Shown here: in pieces, positions 17,663 through 27,692 of the stretch | Position numbering within the stretch: the first letter of the stretch is position 1 | How the letters are laid out: each line of letters opens with the position of its first letter | Origin: a virus | Lineage: Duplodnaviria > Caudoviricetes | Virus record (IMG/VR): IMGVR_UViG_3300026851_000040 | Span: 1-39,854 of that record | Length of the DNA: 39,854 nucleotides | Strand: one strand, 5' to 3' | The notes under the pieces: model-generated | Database searches by the model: none | Seen by the model: the letters and a program-made list of their open reading frames with translations, nothing else | Told to the model about the DNA's origin: nothing | Made by a program: the position numbers and the translations under genes

Positions 17663-17997
17663 AAACCGAATCGATGCACGCAGGCGAGTTCCTGCTGTCC
17701 GAAGGCGCCGGCAACATTTCCCGTGAAGCGATCAACGTCGCGGCAGGGCCAGCGCTACAGCCCGGCCAGATCCTTGGCCTGGTGACGCTCTCGGGCGAGT
17801 TCGCGCCGTATACCCCAACCGCCGAAGACGGCACCGAAAACGCTGTCGCGATCCTCTGGGGGCCGCTGGGCGAGTCGGATGTTCCTCGTCGTGGTCGTGC
17901 TGTGGTGCGGCTGGCCGAGGTCAGCGAAGCCCACTTAACTGGCCTCGATCCCGCAGGTGAAAAGGCCTTGGCCGCCAATTTCGTGATCGTCCGCTAA
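17659..17997 (+). CDS. Head decoration protein (gpD-like)
   Basis: 'G.ILG.....G....Y....DG.E.A.AIL'; position before capsid. Confidence 0.85.
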   Translation: MKTESMHAGEFLLSEGAGNISREAINVAAGPALQPGQILGLVTLSGEFAPYTPTAEDGTENAVAILWGPLGESDVPRRGRAVVRLAEVSEAHLTGLDPAGEKALAANFVIVR

Positions 17998-18015
17998 GGC
18001 GATCCCCATTTATTC

Positions 18016-18038
18016 ATCCCGCCGAGTGCGGGATTTTT
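18016..18038 (+). terminator. Hairpin/terminator between decoration and capsid genes
   Basis: ATCCCGC-CGAGT-GCGGGAT followed by T-run. Confidence 0.55.
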
Positions 18039-18057
18039 CATTTCTGGAGAGTACCCC

Positions 18058-19053
18058 ATGGCCGAGATTGCCATTTTTGAAGACGATGTGTTCAGCGTCT
18101 CCTCGTTGACCGCTGCAATCAATGATCAGGAATACCTGCCCGGTCGCATCAGTAGCTTGGGTCTGTTCCGCGAAGAGGGCATCAGCACCCTGACCGTGCA
18201 GATCGAGAAGGACGGCGAGACCCTGGCCCTGGTGCCAGCCGGTGAGCGTGGCACGTCGGGCCTGGTGGTCGCCGGGTCCCGGCGTCAGATGATCCCGTTC
18301 AACACCGTGCATCTGCCCGAGCGATTCACCATCAAGGCGGATGAAATCCAGGGCATCCGTGCCTTTGGTACCCGTAGTGAGTTGCAGGCGGTGCAGGACG
18401 TGGTCAACAAGCGGCTGGGTAAAGCCCGGCGACAGTTGGATGCTACTCACGAATTCCAGCGCATGGGCGCCTTGAATGGCCAGGTGCTGGATGCCGATGG
18501 CAAGACGATCCTGTTGGACATCTACAAGACCTTCGGTGTGAACCGCCAGAAGCTGTCGATGGGCCTGAACAGTCCTGACACTGAGCTGCGGGTCAAATGC
18601 GGCGAAGCCTTGGATATGCAAGAGGACGCCCTGGGCAGCATCACCAGCACCGGCTCCCGCGCTTTTTGCGGCAAGAACTACTGGAACAAATTGATCGTCC
18701 ACCGTTCGGTCAAAGAGACTTACCTCAATAGCCAACAGGCCGCCGCCTTGCGTGGTGATGCCCGTGAAAGCTTCGAGTTTGGCGGGATCGTCTGGGAGCG
18801 CTATCGCGGCAAGATTGCCGGCGTATCGTTCGTCCACGACGACAAGGCCCTGCTGATCCCCGAGGGCGTACCCGAACTGTACATCTCGTGTTTTGCGCCG
18901 GCCGACTACATGGAAACGGTCAACACCCAGGGCATCCCGTACTACAGCAAGATCGAACCGCTGCCCTTCAATAAGGGCGTGGCCGGTGAGGCTCAGTCCA
19001 ACCCGCTGCACCTTTGCACGCGGCCACGGGCGCAGATCCTGCTGGAACTCTGA
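18058..19053 (+). CDS. Major capsid protein (lambda gpE family)
   Basis: 'FS..SLT.AIN', 'T.E..R.GAL.G...DADG', 'FAPA.Y.E.VNT.G.P.Y', 'QSNPL..CTRP'. Confidence 0.93.
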   Translation: MAEIAIFEDDVFSVSSLTAAINDQEYLPGRISSLGLFREEGISTLTVQIEKDGETLALVPAGERGTSGLVVAGSRRQMIPFNTVHLPERFTIKADEIQGIRAFGTRSELQAVQDVVNKRLGKARRQLDATHEFQRMGALNGQVLDADGKTILLDIYKTFGVNRQKLSMGLNSPDTELRVKCGEALDMQEDALGSITSTGSRAFCGKNYWNKLIVHRSVKETYLNSQQAAALRGDARESFEFGGIVWERYRGKIAGVSFVHDDKALLIPEGVPELYISCFAPADYMETVNTQGIPYYSKIEPLPFNKGVAGEAQSNPLHLCTRPRAQILLEL

Positions 19054-19055
19054 CC

Positions 19056-19376
19056 ATGGCCTTCCGCGATCTGATCGACGACATCGACGACGTGATCTTC
19101 GACACCCTGGGCGACAGCGCCTTGATCGAAGGTCGCGCCGAGCCGGTTTTGGGCATGTTCTCGGCACCGTGGAAGCAACCGGCGTTCGGCAAGGTCCAGA
19201 CCGCCATCCGCGAGCCTCGCTTTGAGATTCGCGTGAAGGACTCGGACGGCCTGAGCAAAGGCCTGCGGGTCACGGTCGATGTGCCGGCCTTGGACGGTGG
19301 TGGTGACTACGACCTGCTGCAACTGGAGCCCAACGGCAATGGCCTGGTAGCTCTGATATTGAGGAAGCGTGCATGA
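19056..19376 (+). CDS. Head-tail joining/closure protein
   Basis: About 106 aa following capsid; 'D..IFD.LGD' and C-terminal 'EP.G.G...LIL'. Confidence 0.7.
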   Translation: MAFRDLIDDIDDVIFDTLGDSALIEGRAEPVLGMFSAPWKQPAFGKVQTAIREPRFEIRVKDSDGLSKGLRVTVDVPALDGGGDYDLLQLEPNGNGLVALILRKRA

Positions 19377-20029
19377 GCGTCGGCAGCTACGTACATCAGA
19401 CGCGCAACAGCGGGATGCTCCACATCCAGCCGTCAGCGGTGCATTCTCAGGCGTTGCGCGAGTTCGGGCAGTTGGTGCCGAAAGCGGCCGTAGCGGCCCA
19501 GCGTCGGGCTATCAACAAGACGTTGGGCTGGTTGCGCACGCACATCGCGAGGGCTGTGGGCAAGCAGGAGCGGATCGCCATCGGCGCCGTCCGGCAACGC
19601 TTGCGGGCCTACCCGGTGAGCGGCGGGACCCTGCGTGGCAAGTTGTGGTTTGGGGTCAACGCCATCGAGGCCAGCCGCATTGGCCGGGCGCGACAAACCC
19701 GCGCCGGGGTATCGGTGGCGGGGCGGCGATACCAGGGTGCGTTCCTCAAGCAGGTGTACGGCAACAGCCCTGATATCTGGATCCGCACCTCCAGCAAACA
19801 CTTCAACAGCACGGATTATCCCGAGAGTTCACAGGGCCGGCGCCGCTCGGGCTTTGTCGAGGAAAGCGATAACCGCTTCCCCCTGGCTAAGGCCAAGGTT
19901 TCGCTGGACCAGGTGCGCCCGCACTTCGACAGCTGGATCAAACGTGCCGACGAACGTTTGCTGGAGATCCTCAAGCAGGAACTCAACTTTGAACTGCAGA
20001 AGTATCTGAAGGGGACCGCCCGTGTCTGA
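19373..20029 (+). CDS. Minor tail/tail completion protein (lambda gpZ-like)
   Basis: 'A..RAINKT..WLRT', Arg-rich; neck position. Confidence 0.7.
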   Translation: MSVGSYVHQTRNSGMLHIQPSAVHSQALREFGQLVPKAAVAAQRRAINKTLGWLRTHIARAVGKQERIAIGAVRQRLRAYPVSGGTLRGKLWFGVNAIEASRIGRARQTRAGVSVAGRRYQGAFLKQVYGNSPDIWIRTSSKHFNSTDYPESSQGRRRSGFVEESDNRFPLAKAKVSLDQVRPHFDSWIKRADERLLEILKQELNFELQKYLKGTARV

Positions 20030-20558
20030 TCAGCCATTCAGCCTCGATCAGTTGTATGAGGCCATCGAGCAACACCTGCAGGAGCATTTGCCGGGGATCC
20101 AGGGCGCCACGTTCTGGCCGGACTTGTCGGCAGACACCACCATGCCCACGCCCGTGGCGTTGCTGGAACTGGCCGAGATGGAGCCCGGCCAGGATATCGG
20201 CACCGGGGAAACGTCTCTGGTTTGCAAGTTCGAGGCGCGGATCGTCGTCGACTCGATCAGCCTCGACCCGCAACGCCAGGCGGTGCAACTAGCCTCGCAG
20301 TTGGCCGTGTTGCTGCGGGGGCAGTGCTGGGGCCTGGAGGTCGATTGCGCCGAGTTTGTACGCTCTACCCAGGACTGGACCAAACCTGAACTGGACGGCT
20401 ATTTCGTGTGGTTGGTGGAGTGGGAGCAAACCATCTGCCTGGGCACAGAGGAATGGCCGTGGCCGGATGAGCCGCCAGGTAGCTTGCGGATTGGCTTCAA
20501 TGAAGATACTGGCGCCGGCAATGAAGGCAAGTACATCGCCCCAGAGGATCTGCAATGA
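20022..20558 (+). CDS. Tail terminator-like protein
   Basis: Acidic 178 aa between neck and baseplate genes; 'LDGY.VW.VEW.Q'. Confidence 0.6.
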   Translation: MSDQPFSLDQLYEAIEQHLQEHLPGIQGATFWPDLSADTTMPTPVALLELAEMEPGQDIGTGETSLVCKFEARIVVDSISLDPQRQAVQLASQLAVLLRGQCWGLEVDCAEFVRSTQDWTKPELDGYFVWLVEWEQTICLGTEEWPWPDEPPGSLRIGFNEDTGAGNEGKYIAPEDLQ

Positions 20559-21112
20559 GCTACCCCGTCGCCCAGCATGACCGCATGATCGCCTCCATGC
20601 TCATGCCCTGCGTGGTGGAAGCGGTCGACTTGTCCACCGGCATGGTGCGGGTGCGCTCTGGCGATTGGGTCAGCGCCTGGGTGCGCTGGCACTCTCAGGC
20701 CGCAGGCAACGCACGCCATTGGAGGGCGCCGAGCCTGAAAGAGCAGGGCGTGCTGTTGAGCCCCAGTGGCGAGCCAGCGATGGGCACCTTCATTCCTGGC
20801 CTGTACGGCAATGCTGGTGCCCAGCCAGACAACCGCGATCATGTCGAGGTCTGGCGTTTCGAGGATGGCGGCTCCCTGGTCTACGACTGGCAGGCCAACA
20901 GCTACACCATCGACCTGCCGGCCGGCACCGTCACCATCAAGGTCGGCGGTTCGGTGCTGGAAATGACGCCGGACAGTGCGCGGTTGGTGGCCGGTCAAAT
21001 CAACCTGGTGGGCGCGGTGAGCATCGACGGCACATTACACGCGACCGGCGACATCAGCACCGCCGGCAAAGTGATCGATGTGGGCGGCAACACGCCCAAC
21101 CACAAACACTGA
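20555..21112 (+). CDS. Baseplate spike (P2 gpV)
   Basis: 'WRAPS..EQ..LLSP.G', 'F.DG....YD', C-terminal HxH iron-binding motif 'NHKH'. Confidence 0.92.
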   Translation: MSYPVAQHDRMIASMLMPCVVEAVDLSTGMVRVRSGDWVSAWVRWHSQAAGNARHWRAPSLKEQGVLLSPSGEPAMGTFIPGLYGNAGAQPDNRDHVEVWRFEDGGSLVYDWQANSYTIDLPAGTVTIKVGGSVLEMTPDSARLVAGQINLVGAVSIDGTLHATGDISTAGKVIDVGGNTPNHKH

Positions 21113-21128
21113 CCTTCCCGTTATCCAT

Positions 21129-21158
21129 AGCCCGCCGCGTGCGGGCTTCTTCGTTTTT
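21129..21158 (+). terminator. Hairpin after gpV
   Basis: AGCCCGC-CGCGT-GCGGGCT followed by T-rich tract. Confidence 0.5.
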
Positions 21159-21171
21159 GGAGTTTCCATTT

Positions 21172-21396
21172 ATGAGCAAGAACAAGGCTGATGACTTGCC
21201 TACAGTCGTCGAACCGCCTCCATCGGGCGTGTTGGCCGCTGGTGGGGTCGTATTCCTCGATCAGGTCTATACCTCGCGCACGTTGATCCTGCCCGACGGT
21301 CGTGCAGCCAGCGTTGCCAAAGGCCGTATCACTGCCAGCGACGACACGTTGCTCGGCTTTCTTTCCCAGCACAGCGAATTCAAACAAGCGGAGTAG
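21172..21396 (+). CDS. Small hypothetical tail-region protein
   Basis: ATG with GGAG RBS; fills the gap between gpV and gpW. Confidence 0.65.
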   Translation: MSKNKADDLPTVVEPPPSGVLAAGGVVFLDQVYTSRTLILPDGRAASVAKGRITASDDTLLGFLSQHSEFKQAE

Positions 21397-21401
21397 CCCC
21401 G

Positions 21402-21728
21402 ATGATCGGAATGGATCGCCGCACCGGCCAACCGCTGTCCGGGCTCGACCATCTCCGGCAGTCCATCGGGGACATTCTCGCCACGCCCGTGGGCAGTCGG
21501 CGGATGCGGCCTGAGTACGGCAGCCTGCTACGGCGCTTTGTTGACCTGCCGGTGAACGAAGGCTGGAAGAGTGCGGTACAGGCCGAGGTCGCCCGTTCGC
21601 TGCAGCGGTGGGAGCCACGGCTAAAACTGGAACAGGTACAGGTCGTCGCCGTCGTTGGCGGCCGTATCGACTTCAAGCTGACCGGCGAATATTTGGGCGA
21701 ACGGCAACTGCTGGAGGTGTCGGCATGA
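21402..21728 (+). CDS. Baseplate protein (P2 gpW/gp25-like)
   Basis: 'HL.QSI.DIL.TP.GSR.MRPEYGS', 'WEPR'. Confidence 0.93.
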   Translation: MIGMDRRTGQPLSGLDHLRQSIGDILATPVGSRRMRPEYGSLLRRFVDLPVNEGWKSAVQAEVARSLQRWEPRLKLEQVQVVAVVGGRIDFKLTGEYLGERQLLEVSA

Positions 21729-22606
21729 GCACGGTGGATTTATCGGCACTGCCGGCGCCGCAGGTGCTGGAGTCGCTGGACTATGAGGCGCTGTATGACG
21801 AAGCGCTCGCGACGTTTCGCGAGTACATGGGCGACAACTGGTCGGCGGCGCTGGAGAGCGATCCGGTGGTCAAGCTGCTGGAGCTGTTCGCCTACGGCAA
21901 GATGCAAAACCGCGCACGGGTCAACGATGCGGCCAAGGCGTTGTTGCTGGCCTATGCCGAAAAGGAGGATCTCGACCAACTGGCGGCCAACGTCAAGTTG
22001 CAGCGGCTGGTGATTCAGCCGGCCAACCTGCTGGCCGTGCCGCCCGTGGAGGAAGTCAGGGAGTCTGACGATGCCCTGCGCGAGCGGATCCAACTGGTCT
22101 ATGAGGGACTGACCACCGCTGGCCCCCGTAACAGCTACATCTTCCATGCGCGCAACGCCTCGGCGCTGGTGGCCGACGCCACAGCAGAAAGCCCAGCTCC
22201 GGCGCAGGTGGTCGTGACGGTGCTCAGTCTGACCGGCAGCGGCCAGGCCGATCAGGTGCTGCTCGATCAGGTGCACAGCAAACTTAGCGACGATGACATC
22301 CGCCCGGTGGGCGACCGCCTCACGGTGCAGAGCGCCGAGATTTTGGAGTACCGGATCGATGCGGTGCTGCACATGATCGGCGCCGGCCCGGAAAACGAAG
22401 CGATCCGGGCTGAAGCTGATAAGCGCCTCGCCGCCTGGATCAATCCCCGTAAACGTCTGGCACTGGAAGTCGCCCGCTCCGGTATCGACGCCCAGTTGCA
22501 TATCGGCGGTGTCGGCCGGGTTGAGCTGAAAAACTGGGTTGACCTGAAGCCGAGCAAGTACCAGGCCGCTTACTGCACCGGGTTCACCGTGGTGCTTGGA
22601 GGCTGA
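21725..22606 (+). CDS. Baseplate protein J
   Basis: 'DLS.LPAP.V.E.LDYE', 'ESD..LR.R', 'AGP...Y.FHA', 'RPV.D..TV'. Confidence 0.93.
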   Translation: MSTVDLSALPAPQVLESLDYEALYDEALATFREYMGDNWSAALESDPVVKLLELFAYGKMQNRARVNDAAKALLLAYAEKEDLDQLAANVKLQRLVIQPANLLAVPPVEEVRESDDALRERIQLVYEGLTTAGPRNSYIFHARNASALVADATAESPAPAQVVVTVLSLTGSGQADQVLLDQVHSKLSDDDIRPVGDRLTVQSAEILEYRIDAVLHMIGAGPENEAIRAEADKRLAAWINPRKRLALEVARSGIDAQLHIGGVGRVELKNWVDLKPSKYQAAYCTGFTVVLGG

Positions 22607-22607
22607 C

Positions 22608-23213
22608 ATGAGCGGTTGGTTACCCCTGAGCAGCACGCAGTTTGAGCGCGCCATCGAGGCCGCGATGGCTGAGAAAACCGAGATCCCGTTACGCGCCTTG
22701 TACAACCCTGACACTTGCCCGACGCACCTGCTGCCTTGGTTGGCCTGGAACTGGTCTGTCGACCGCTGGGACACCCGCTGGACCGAAGCGGTCAAGCGCT
22801 CGGCCATCCGCTCGTCGTTCTACGTGCATGCCCATAAGGGCACCATCGGCGCACTGCGGCGGGTGGTGGAGCCGCTGGGTTACCTGATCGAGGTGCTGGA
22901 GTGGTGGCAGACGGTGCCTGAAGGCGTCCCCGGCACCTTCGCATTGAAGGTCGGCGTGCTGGATACGGGCATCACCGAAGAGGCCTATCTGGAGCTGGAG
23001 CGGCTTATTGATGATGCCAAACCGGTCAGCCGTCCCCTGACTGGCCTGGCGATCAGTTTGGAAACCCGAGGCGCTTTAAACATTGGCGTCGCCCTCTATG
23101 AAGGCGATGAAATCAACGTCTACCCACCGATGCAGCGTGACATTGAGGTCACCGGCTACATCGGCGCGGCAGGGCGTGAGCACACCATCGACACCCTGGA
23201 CGTGTACCCATGA
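22608..23213 (+). CDS. Tail protein I (P2)
   Basis: 'NPDTCP..LLPWLAW..SVDRWD', 'H..KGT..ALRR'. Confidence 0.93.
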   Translation: MSGWLPLSSTQFERAIEAAMAEKTEIPLRALYNPDTCPTHLLPWLAWNWSVDRWDTRWTEAVKRSAIRSSFYVHAHKGTIGALRRVVEPLGYLIEVLEWWQTVPEGVPGTFALKVGVLDTGITEEAYLELERLIDDAKPVSRPLTGLAISLETRGALNIGVALYEGDEINVYPPMQRDIEVTGYIGAAGREHTIDTLDVYP

Positions 23214-25135
23214 TTGACCTTAACTCGCAATTCTTCGCCATCCTCACCAAGGTGGGGGAGGCGAAACAGGCCAACGCGGATGCGTTGGGTATTCCCTGGA
23301 ACATTTCCCAGATGGGCGTTGGTGATGCCCACGGCACTGATCCAATCCCGGATCGGCTACAGACCAAGCTGATCAACGAACGTCGCCGGGCACCGCTGAA
23401 TCAGTTGATGGTCGATCCGCTCAACCCCTCGGTGCTGATTGCCGAGCAAGTGATCCCGGCCGACGTCGGTGGTTGGTGGGTGCGGGAGATCGGCCTATAT
23501 GACGCGGATGGCGATCTGGTTGCGGTCGCCAACTGCGCGCCTAGCTTCAAGCCGATGTTGTCTCAGGGCTCCGGTCGCACGCAGATTGTGCGGATGAACT
23601 TCATTATTTCCAGCATCACCAATGTGGTGCTGAAGATTGATCCGGCGATTGTGCTGGCAACACGGGAGTATGTGGATCGCTCGATTGGTGATGTGCTGCC
23701 GGCGGACAAAGTGCCGGGTACTTATCAGCGAGTTACGATCAATGCGCGGGGCATAGTGGTGTCGGGCAGCAACCCCACAACACTAGCAGGTCATGGCATT
23801 GAGGATGCGATCAGCTCAACCCCGCAATATGGAATTTCGGGGGCTATTGCTGATTTAGCCAAAACAACCTTTGGAACCTACATAAGCGAGACTACAGATA
23901 AGCCGCCATCCTCCGGTTGGGGGGTGTTTCTGCGGATTAAATATCCGGGGGCAAATGCCGCGTTCGATATTGCCGGTGATGTGGCGGGCGGTATGGATAC
24001 TCTTTCTTTTCGGCGAGTTTTGCCGAATGGTTCTTACGCGTGGCGAACCGTTTTCCACGATGGGAACTTTGATCCCGCGATGAAAGCGAACTTGGCGAGC
24101 CCTAATTTCACGGGTGCTCCCACAGCGCCTACAGCCGCTCCGGGGAGCAATTACGGCGAACTGGCAAACGCTGCGTTCGTCTGGGGGGCCATCAATACCT
24201 ACGCGACCACTGTCACCAACGCGCTAGCGAGTAAGGCCAACTTAGCTAGCCCTGCCTTAACTGGCATTCCCACGGTGCCCACAGCTGCGCCGGGAACAAA
24301 CTCGCTCCAAGCCGCCAACACTGCCTATGTTGCTGCCGCCCTGGCCGCATTGGTCGATTCATCGCCAGGGGCATTGGACACGCTGAACGAGCTGGCAAAG
24401 GCTTTGGGGAACGACCCGAACTTTGCTACCACTATGACCAATGCGTTGGCCGGCAAGGCCAACAAGGCCACGACGTTAGCTGGTTACGGCATTATGGACT
24501 CGTACCGCATCGTGGATATTGATTACAAGCTGGATGCCAAGGCTAACAAGGGAAATTCTCTGGCCTCTTATGGGATTCTTGATGCAATTCGCAATCACAA
24601 CCCGCTGCCAGGCGAAAGCATTGATATTCATGGCGGAACCTATGCGTTTCTGACATCCCCTTTAGAGTCCTGTATCGCTCAGAACTGTTACTGGGATGGG
24701 GCGTCTTGGTTGCGACACGACGAGACAAAGCCTGCGGTATGCATCTTCGGCAGCGCCGGTTCAGCGTCTGTTCGGTCGGCCCCAGCGGGAGCTAACCCGA
24801 TTCGTTGGGCTTCAAGCGATCCGTTATGGACGTCTTCAAACGCGACTGTTTCGAGTTCAAATGGCACGGGAATCTTGCGACTTCCGAACGGCTGGATACA
24901 ACAGGTGTTTGATGTAACAGAAAGCCTGGGTGCGGCTGACCACCGTTATTTTCCTGTGTCGTTTCCAAACGAATGCTTCGGTGTTTTCCCCGCCCTTCAT
25001 AGCGGCACAGCCGGGGGGTACGCGAACAACAGTGGCCTCGTCGTAGGTGACGTCACCAAAGATCGTTTCGTGATCAGTGCTGGCGGGAACTTCTCTCCCG
25101 AAGGTCGTTTTCGCGTACTCGCAATAGGGAGGTAA
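23210..25135 (+). CDS. Tail fibre protein (P2 gpH-like)
   Basis: N-terminal 'ILT..G.AK.ANA', 'GGWW.REIG', internal 'KANLASP..TG.PT.PTAAPG.N' and 'TTLAGYGI.D' repeats, C-terminal 'LPNGWIQQ...FPVSFPN.C'. Confidence 0.93.
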   Translation: MIDLNSQFFAILTKVGEAKQANADALGIPWNISQMGVGDAHGTDPIPDRLQTKLINERRRAPLNQLMVDPLNPSVLIAEQVIPADVGGWWVREIGLYDADGDLVAVANCAPSFKPMLSQGSGRTQIVRMNFIISSITNVVLKIDPAIVLATREYVDRSIGDVLPADKVPGTYQRVTINARGIVVSGSNPTTLAGHGIEDAISSTPQYGISGAIADLAKTTFGTYISETTDKPPSSGWGVFLRIKYPGANAAFDIAGDVAGGMDTLSFRRVLPNGSYAWRTVFHDGNFDPAMKANLASPNFTGAPTAPTAAPGSNYGELANAAFVWGAINTYATTVTNALASKANLASPALTGIPTVPTAAPGTNSLQAANTAYVAAALAALVDSSPGALDTLNELAKALGNDPNFATTMTNALAGKANKATTLAGYGIMDSYRIVDIDYKLDAKANKGNSLASYGILDAIRNHNPLPGESIDIHGGTYAFLTSPLESCIAQNCYWDGASWLRHDETKPAVCIFGSAGSASVRSAPAGANPIRWASSDPLWTSSNATVSSSNGTGILRLPNGWIQQVFDVTESLGAADHRYFPVSFPNECFGVFPALHSGTAGGYANNSGLVVGDVTKDRFVISAGGNFSPEGRFRVLAIGR

Positions 25136-25138
25136 TGC

Positions 25139-25591
25139 ATGAAATTTTACTTCAGTCCTTCAGTGACTGCCTTTTATCGGTCTGATATCAGTGGCGAGCT
25201 TGGCAGCGATGAATGTTCGATGCCTGATGATGTGCTTGAGGTGTCAAACGAAGTATACGAGCGGATGTTACGAGTCCGGGAGGAAGGTGGCCGAGTTGTT
25301 CCAGATGAAGACGGGATACCGGTCGCAGCACCGGCCTTGCCCCCAACCAGTGAGGAGCAGGCCGAAACAGAGCGGCGCTGGAGAGACAGGGTGATATCCG
25401 CCAGTGAGTGGATAGTGACCCGCCACCGTGACGAAGTGGATATGGGCCAGGAAACCATGATTACGGCTGTGCAGTTTTCCGAACTGCTGGGGTACAGGCA
25501 GTCCTTGAGGGATTGGCCGACGGTAGATGGTTTCCCAAGCCCCGAGCTGCGCCCGACTCCACCGGGTTGGCTCGCGGATCAAATCGAGTAA
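25139..25591 (+). CDS. Tail fibre assembly chaperone
   Basis: 'FYFSPS...FY', 'ER.WRD', 'YRQ.LRDWP....FP....RP.PP.W'. Confidence 0.88.
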   Translation: MKFYFSPSVTAFYRSDISGELGSDECSMPDDVLEVSNEVYERMLRVREEGGRVVPDEDGIPVAAPALPPTSEEQAETERRWRDRVISASEWIVTRHRDEVDMGQETMITAVQFSELLGYRQSLRDWPTVDGFPSPELRPTPPGWLADQIE

Positions 25592-25635
25592 GAGCGGTAC
25601 GTACTTACGTTAACAAGCAATTTTTGTTTAACCCC

Positions 25636-25667
25636 CGAAGCCTCGCATACGCGGGGCTTCGTCGTTT
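25636..25667 (+). terminator. Hairpin before sheath gene
   Basis: CGAAGCCTCGC-ATAC-GCGGGGCTTCG. Confidence 0.5.
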
Positions 25668-25681
25668 CTGGAGACCGCACA

Positions 25682-26854
25682 ATGAGTGCAGCAGGATTTT
25701 TTCACGGCGTCACCGTCACCAACGTCGACACCGGATCGCGACCGATTACGGTGCCGTCGTCGTCCATCATCGGCCTTTGCGACACCTTCACCCCAGGCGC
25801 CCCGGCACTGGCGCGGCCCAACCAGTTGGTCCTGCTGACCAGCGAGCGTGAAGCCATCGCGGCCTTTGGCCCAGACTCGGCCATCACCCAATCAGCCAAA
25901 GCCGTGTTCACGCGAGCCAGGGCCGTTATCGTCGCTGTCGGCGTGGCGTTGACCGCCGACCCCGCGCAACAGACATCGGCCGTCATCGGCGGGGTCCTGG
26001 CAAACGGCGAGCGTACCGGCCTACAGGCGCTGCTCGACGGCAAGAGCAAGTTCAACTCGCAACCGCGTCTGCTGATCGCGCCCGGTCATTCCTCGACACA
26101 GGCGGTCGCCACGGCCATGGATGCCCTGGCCGGCAAACTGCGGGCCGTGGCGATTATTGACGGACCCAACACCACCGACGAAGCGGCCATTGCCTTCGTT
26201 GAGAACTTCGGCAGCAAGCGCGTGTACCTGGTGGATCCGGGTGTGCAGATCTGGAGCACGGTCACTGATGCCACCATCGACAGTCCGGCGTCTGCCTGGA
26301 CCGCTGGCTTGTTCGCCTGGACCGATGCGGAGTACGGCTTCTGGGCCTCGCCGTCGAACAAGGAGTTCGTCGGTATCACCGGCACCAAGCGTCCGGTCGA
26401 GTTTCTCGACGGTGACGAAACCTGCCGGGCCAATCTGCTCAACAACGCGAACATCACCACCATCATCCGCGATGACGGCTTTCGTTTGTGGGGCAACCGC
26501 ACCTGCTCCAGCGATCCCAAGTGGGCGTTTGTCACCCGCGTCCGCACCATGGATATCGTCATGGACGCGATCCTGTACGGCCACAAATGGGCAGTCGACC
26601 GCTCGATCACCAAGACCTACGTCGGCGACGTCACCGCCGGGCTGCAGAACTTCATGCGCGACCTGAAGAACCAGGGAGCGATTATCAACTTCGAGGTGTT
26701 CGCCGACTCGGAGCTGAACACGGCCAGCCAACTGGAGCAGGGCAAGGTGTACTGGAACATTCGTTTCACCGATGTACCACCAGCAGAAAACCCCAACTTC
26801 CGGGTTGAGGTCACCAACCAGTGGCTGACCGAAGTCCTCGACACCAACGGCTAA
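25682..26854 (+). CDS. Tail sheath protein (P2 FI)
   Basis: 'FFHGV', 'TGLQAL', 'W.SPSN', 'GFRLWGNRT', 'PPAE'. Confidence 0.95.
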   Translation: MSAAGFFHGVTVTNVDTGSRPITVPSSSIIGLCDTFTPGAPALARPNQLVLLTSEREAIAAFGPDSAITQSAKAVFTRARAVIVAVGVALTADPAQQTSAVIGGVLANGERTGLQALLDGKSKFNSQPRLLIAPGHSSTQAVATAMDALAGKLRAVAIIDGPNTTDEAAIAFVENFGSKRVYLVDPGVQIWSTVTDATIDSPASAWTAGLFAWTDAEYGFWASPSNKEFVGITGTKRPVEFLDGDETCRANLLNNANITTIIRDDGFRLWGNRTCSSDPKWAFVTRVRTMDIVMDAILYGHKWAVDRSITKTYVGDVTAGLQNFMRDLKNQGAIINFEVFADSELNTASQLEQGKVYWNIRFTDVPPAENPNFRVEVTNQWLTEVLDTNG

Positions 26855-26866
26855 GGAGACCCCGCA

Positions 26867-27376
26867 ATGGCTATGATTCCGCAAACCCTGTACCTGACGA
26901 ACCTGTTTGTCGATGGCGTCAACTTCCACGGCGACGTGCCCACGTTGTCCCTGCCCAAGCTCAAGATCAAGACTGATGAATATCGCGCTGGCGGTATGGA
27001 TGTCGGCATCGATATGGATCAGGGCATGGAGAAAATGGAAGCGTCCTTCAGTACCAAGGGCGTGCGACGTGAGGCCCTGAAATTTTTTGGCCTTGCCGAT
27101 CAGACCGCCTTCAACGCAGTTTTCCGGGGCTCGTACAAAGCACAGAAGGGCACCACGGTCGCGGTGGTTGCCTCCATGCGCGGCATGCTCTCGGAGCTGG
27201 ATTTGGGCGAGTGGAAGCCGGGTGACGCTTCCGAATTCAAGTACGCCCTGAGCGTCAGCTACTACAAGCTCGAAGTAGGAGGCCGCTTGATGTACGAGAT
27301 CGACCCGCTGGGTTGCGTCCGTGTCATCAACGGTGTCGATCAACTCGCCAGCGTTCGCCGTGACCTGGGTATGTAA
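26867..27376 (+). CDS. Tail tube protein (P2 FII)
   Basis: 'LPKL.....EYRAGGMD...D.G.E', 'YYKL...G....EID', 'NGVD.LA..R..LG'. Confidence 0.95.
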   Translation: MAMIPQTLYLTNLFVDGVNFHGDVPTLSLPKLKIKTDEYRAGGMDVGIDMDQGMEKMEASFSTKGVRREALKFFGLADQTAFNAVFRGSYKAQKGTTVAVVASMRGMLSELDLGEWKPGDASEFKYALSVSYYKLEVGGRLMYEIDPLGCVRVINGVDQLASVRRDLGM

Positions 27377-27389
27377 GGAAAGTGTTCAC

Positions 27390-27692
27390 ATGACAGCTCT
27401 CAAAAAATTGCCGTCCTGGCTCGTTGTCAATCCCGATAGCGCGACAGTCACCTTGTCCCGTCCCAGTGAGATCAACGGCGTAGTCATCGACCGATTGACG
27501 CTGCGCTCACCCACTGTGCGTGAGGTACGGGCGGCCAATGCAACTGCAGGCGGCGATGACGAAGTGCGTGAAATGCATCTGTTTGCTTCTCTGTCCGAGT
27601 CCGGCATCAAGGATCTGGAGGGGCTCAAGCTGACAGACTACCAGCGGCTGCAAGCCGCCTACTTTCGCCTGGTGCAGGACGACGGGATTTAA
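27390..27692 (+). CDS. Tail assembly chaperone (gpE/gp41 family)
   Basis: 'L.LR.PTV.E', 'LFASL.......L..L...DY.RLQ.AY'. Confidence 0.88.
   Translation: MTALKKLPSWLVVNPDSATVTLSRPSEINGVVIDRLTLRSPTVREVRAANATAGGDDEVREMHLFASLSESGIKDLEGLKLTDYQRLQAAYFRLVQDDGI

Noticed and set aside
23210..25591. Invertible tail fibre cassette or diversity-generating retroelement
   Set aside because: No invertase, no second inverted fibre end, no reverse transcriptase or template repeat seen
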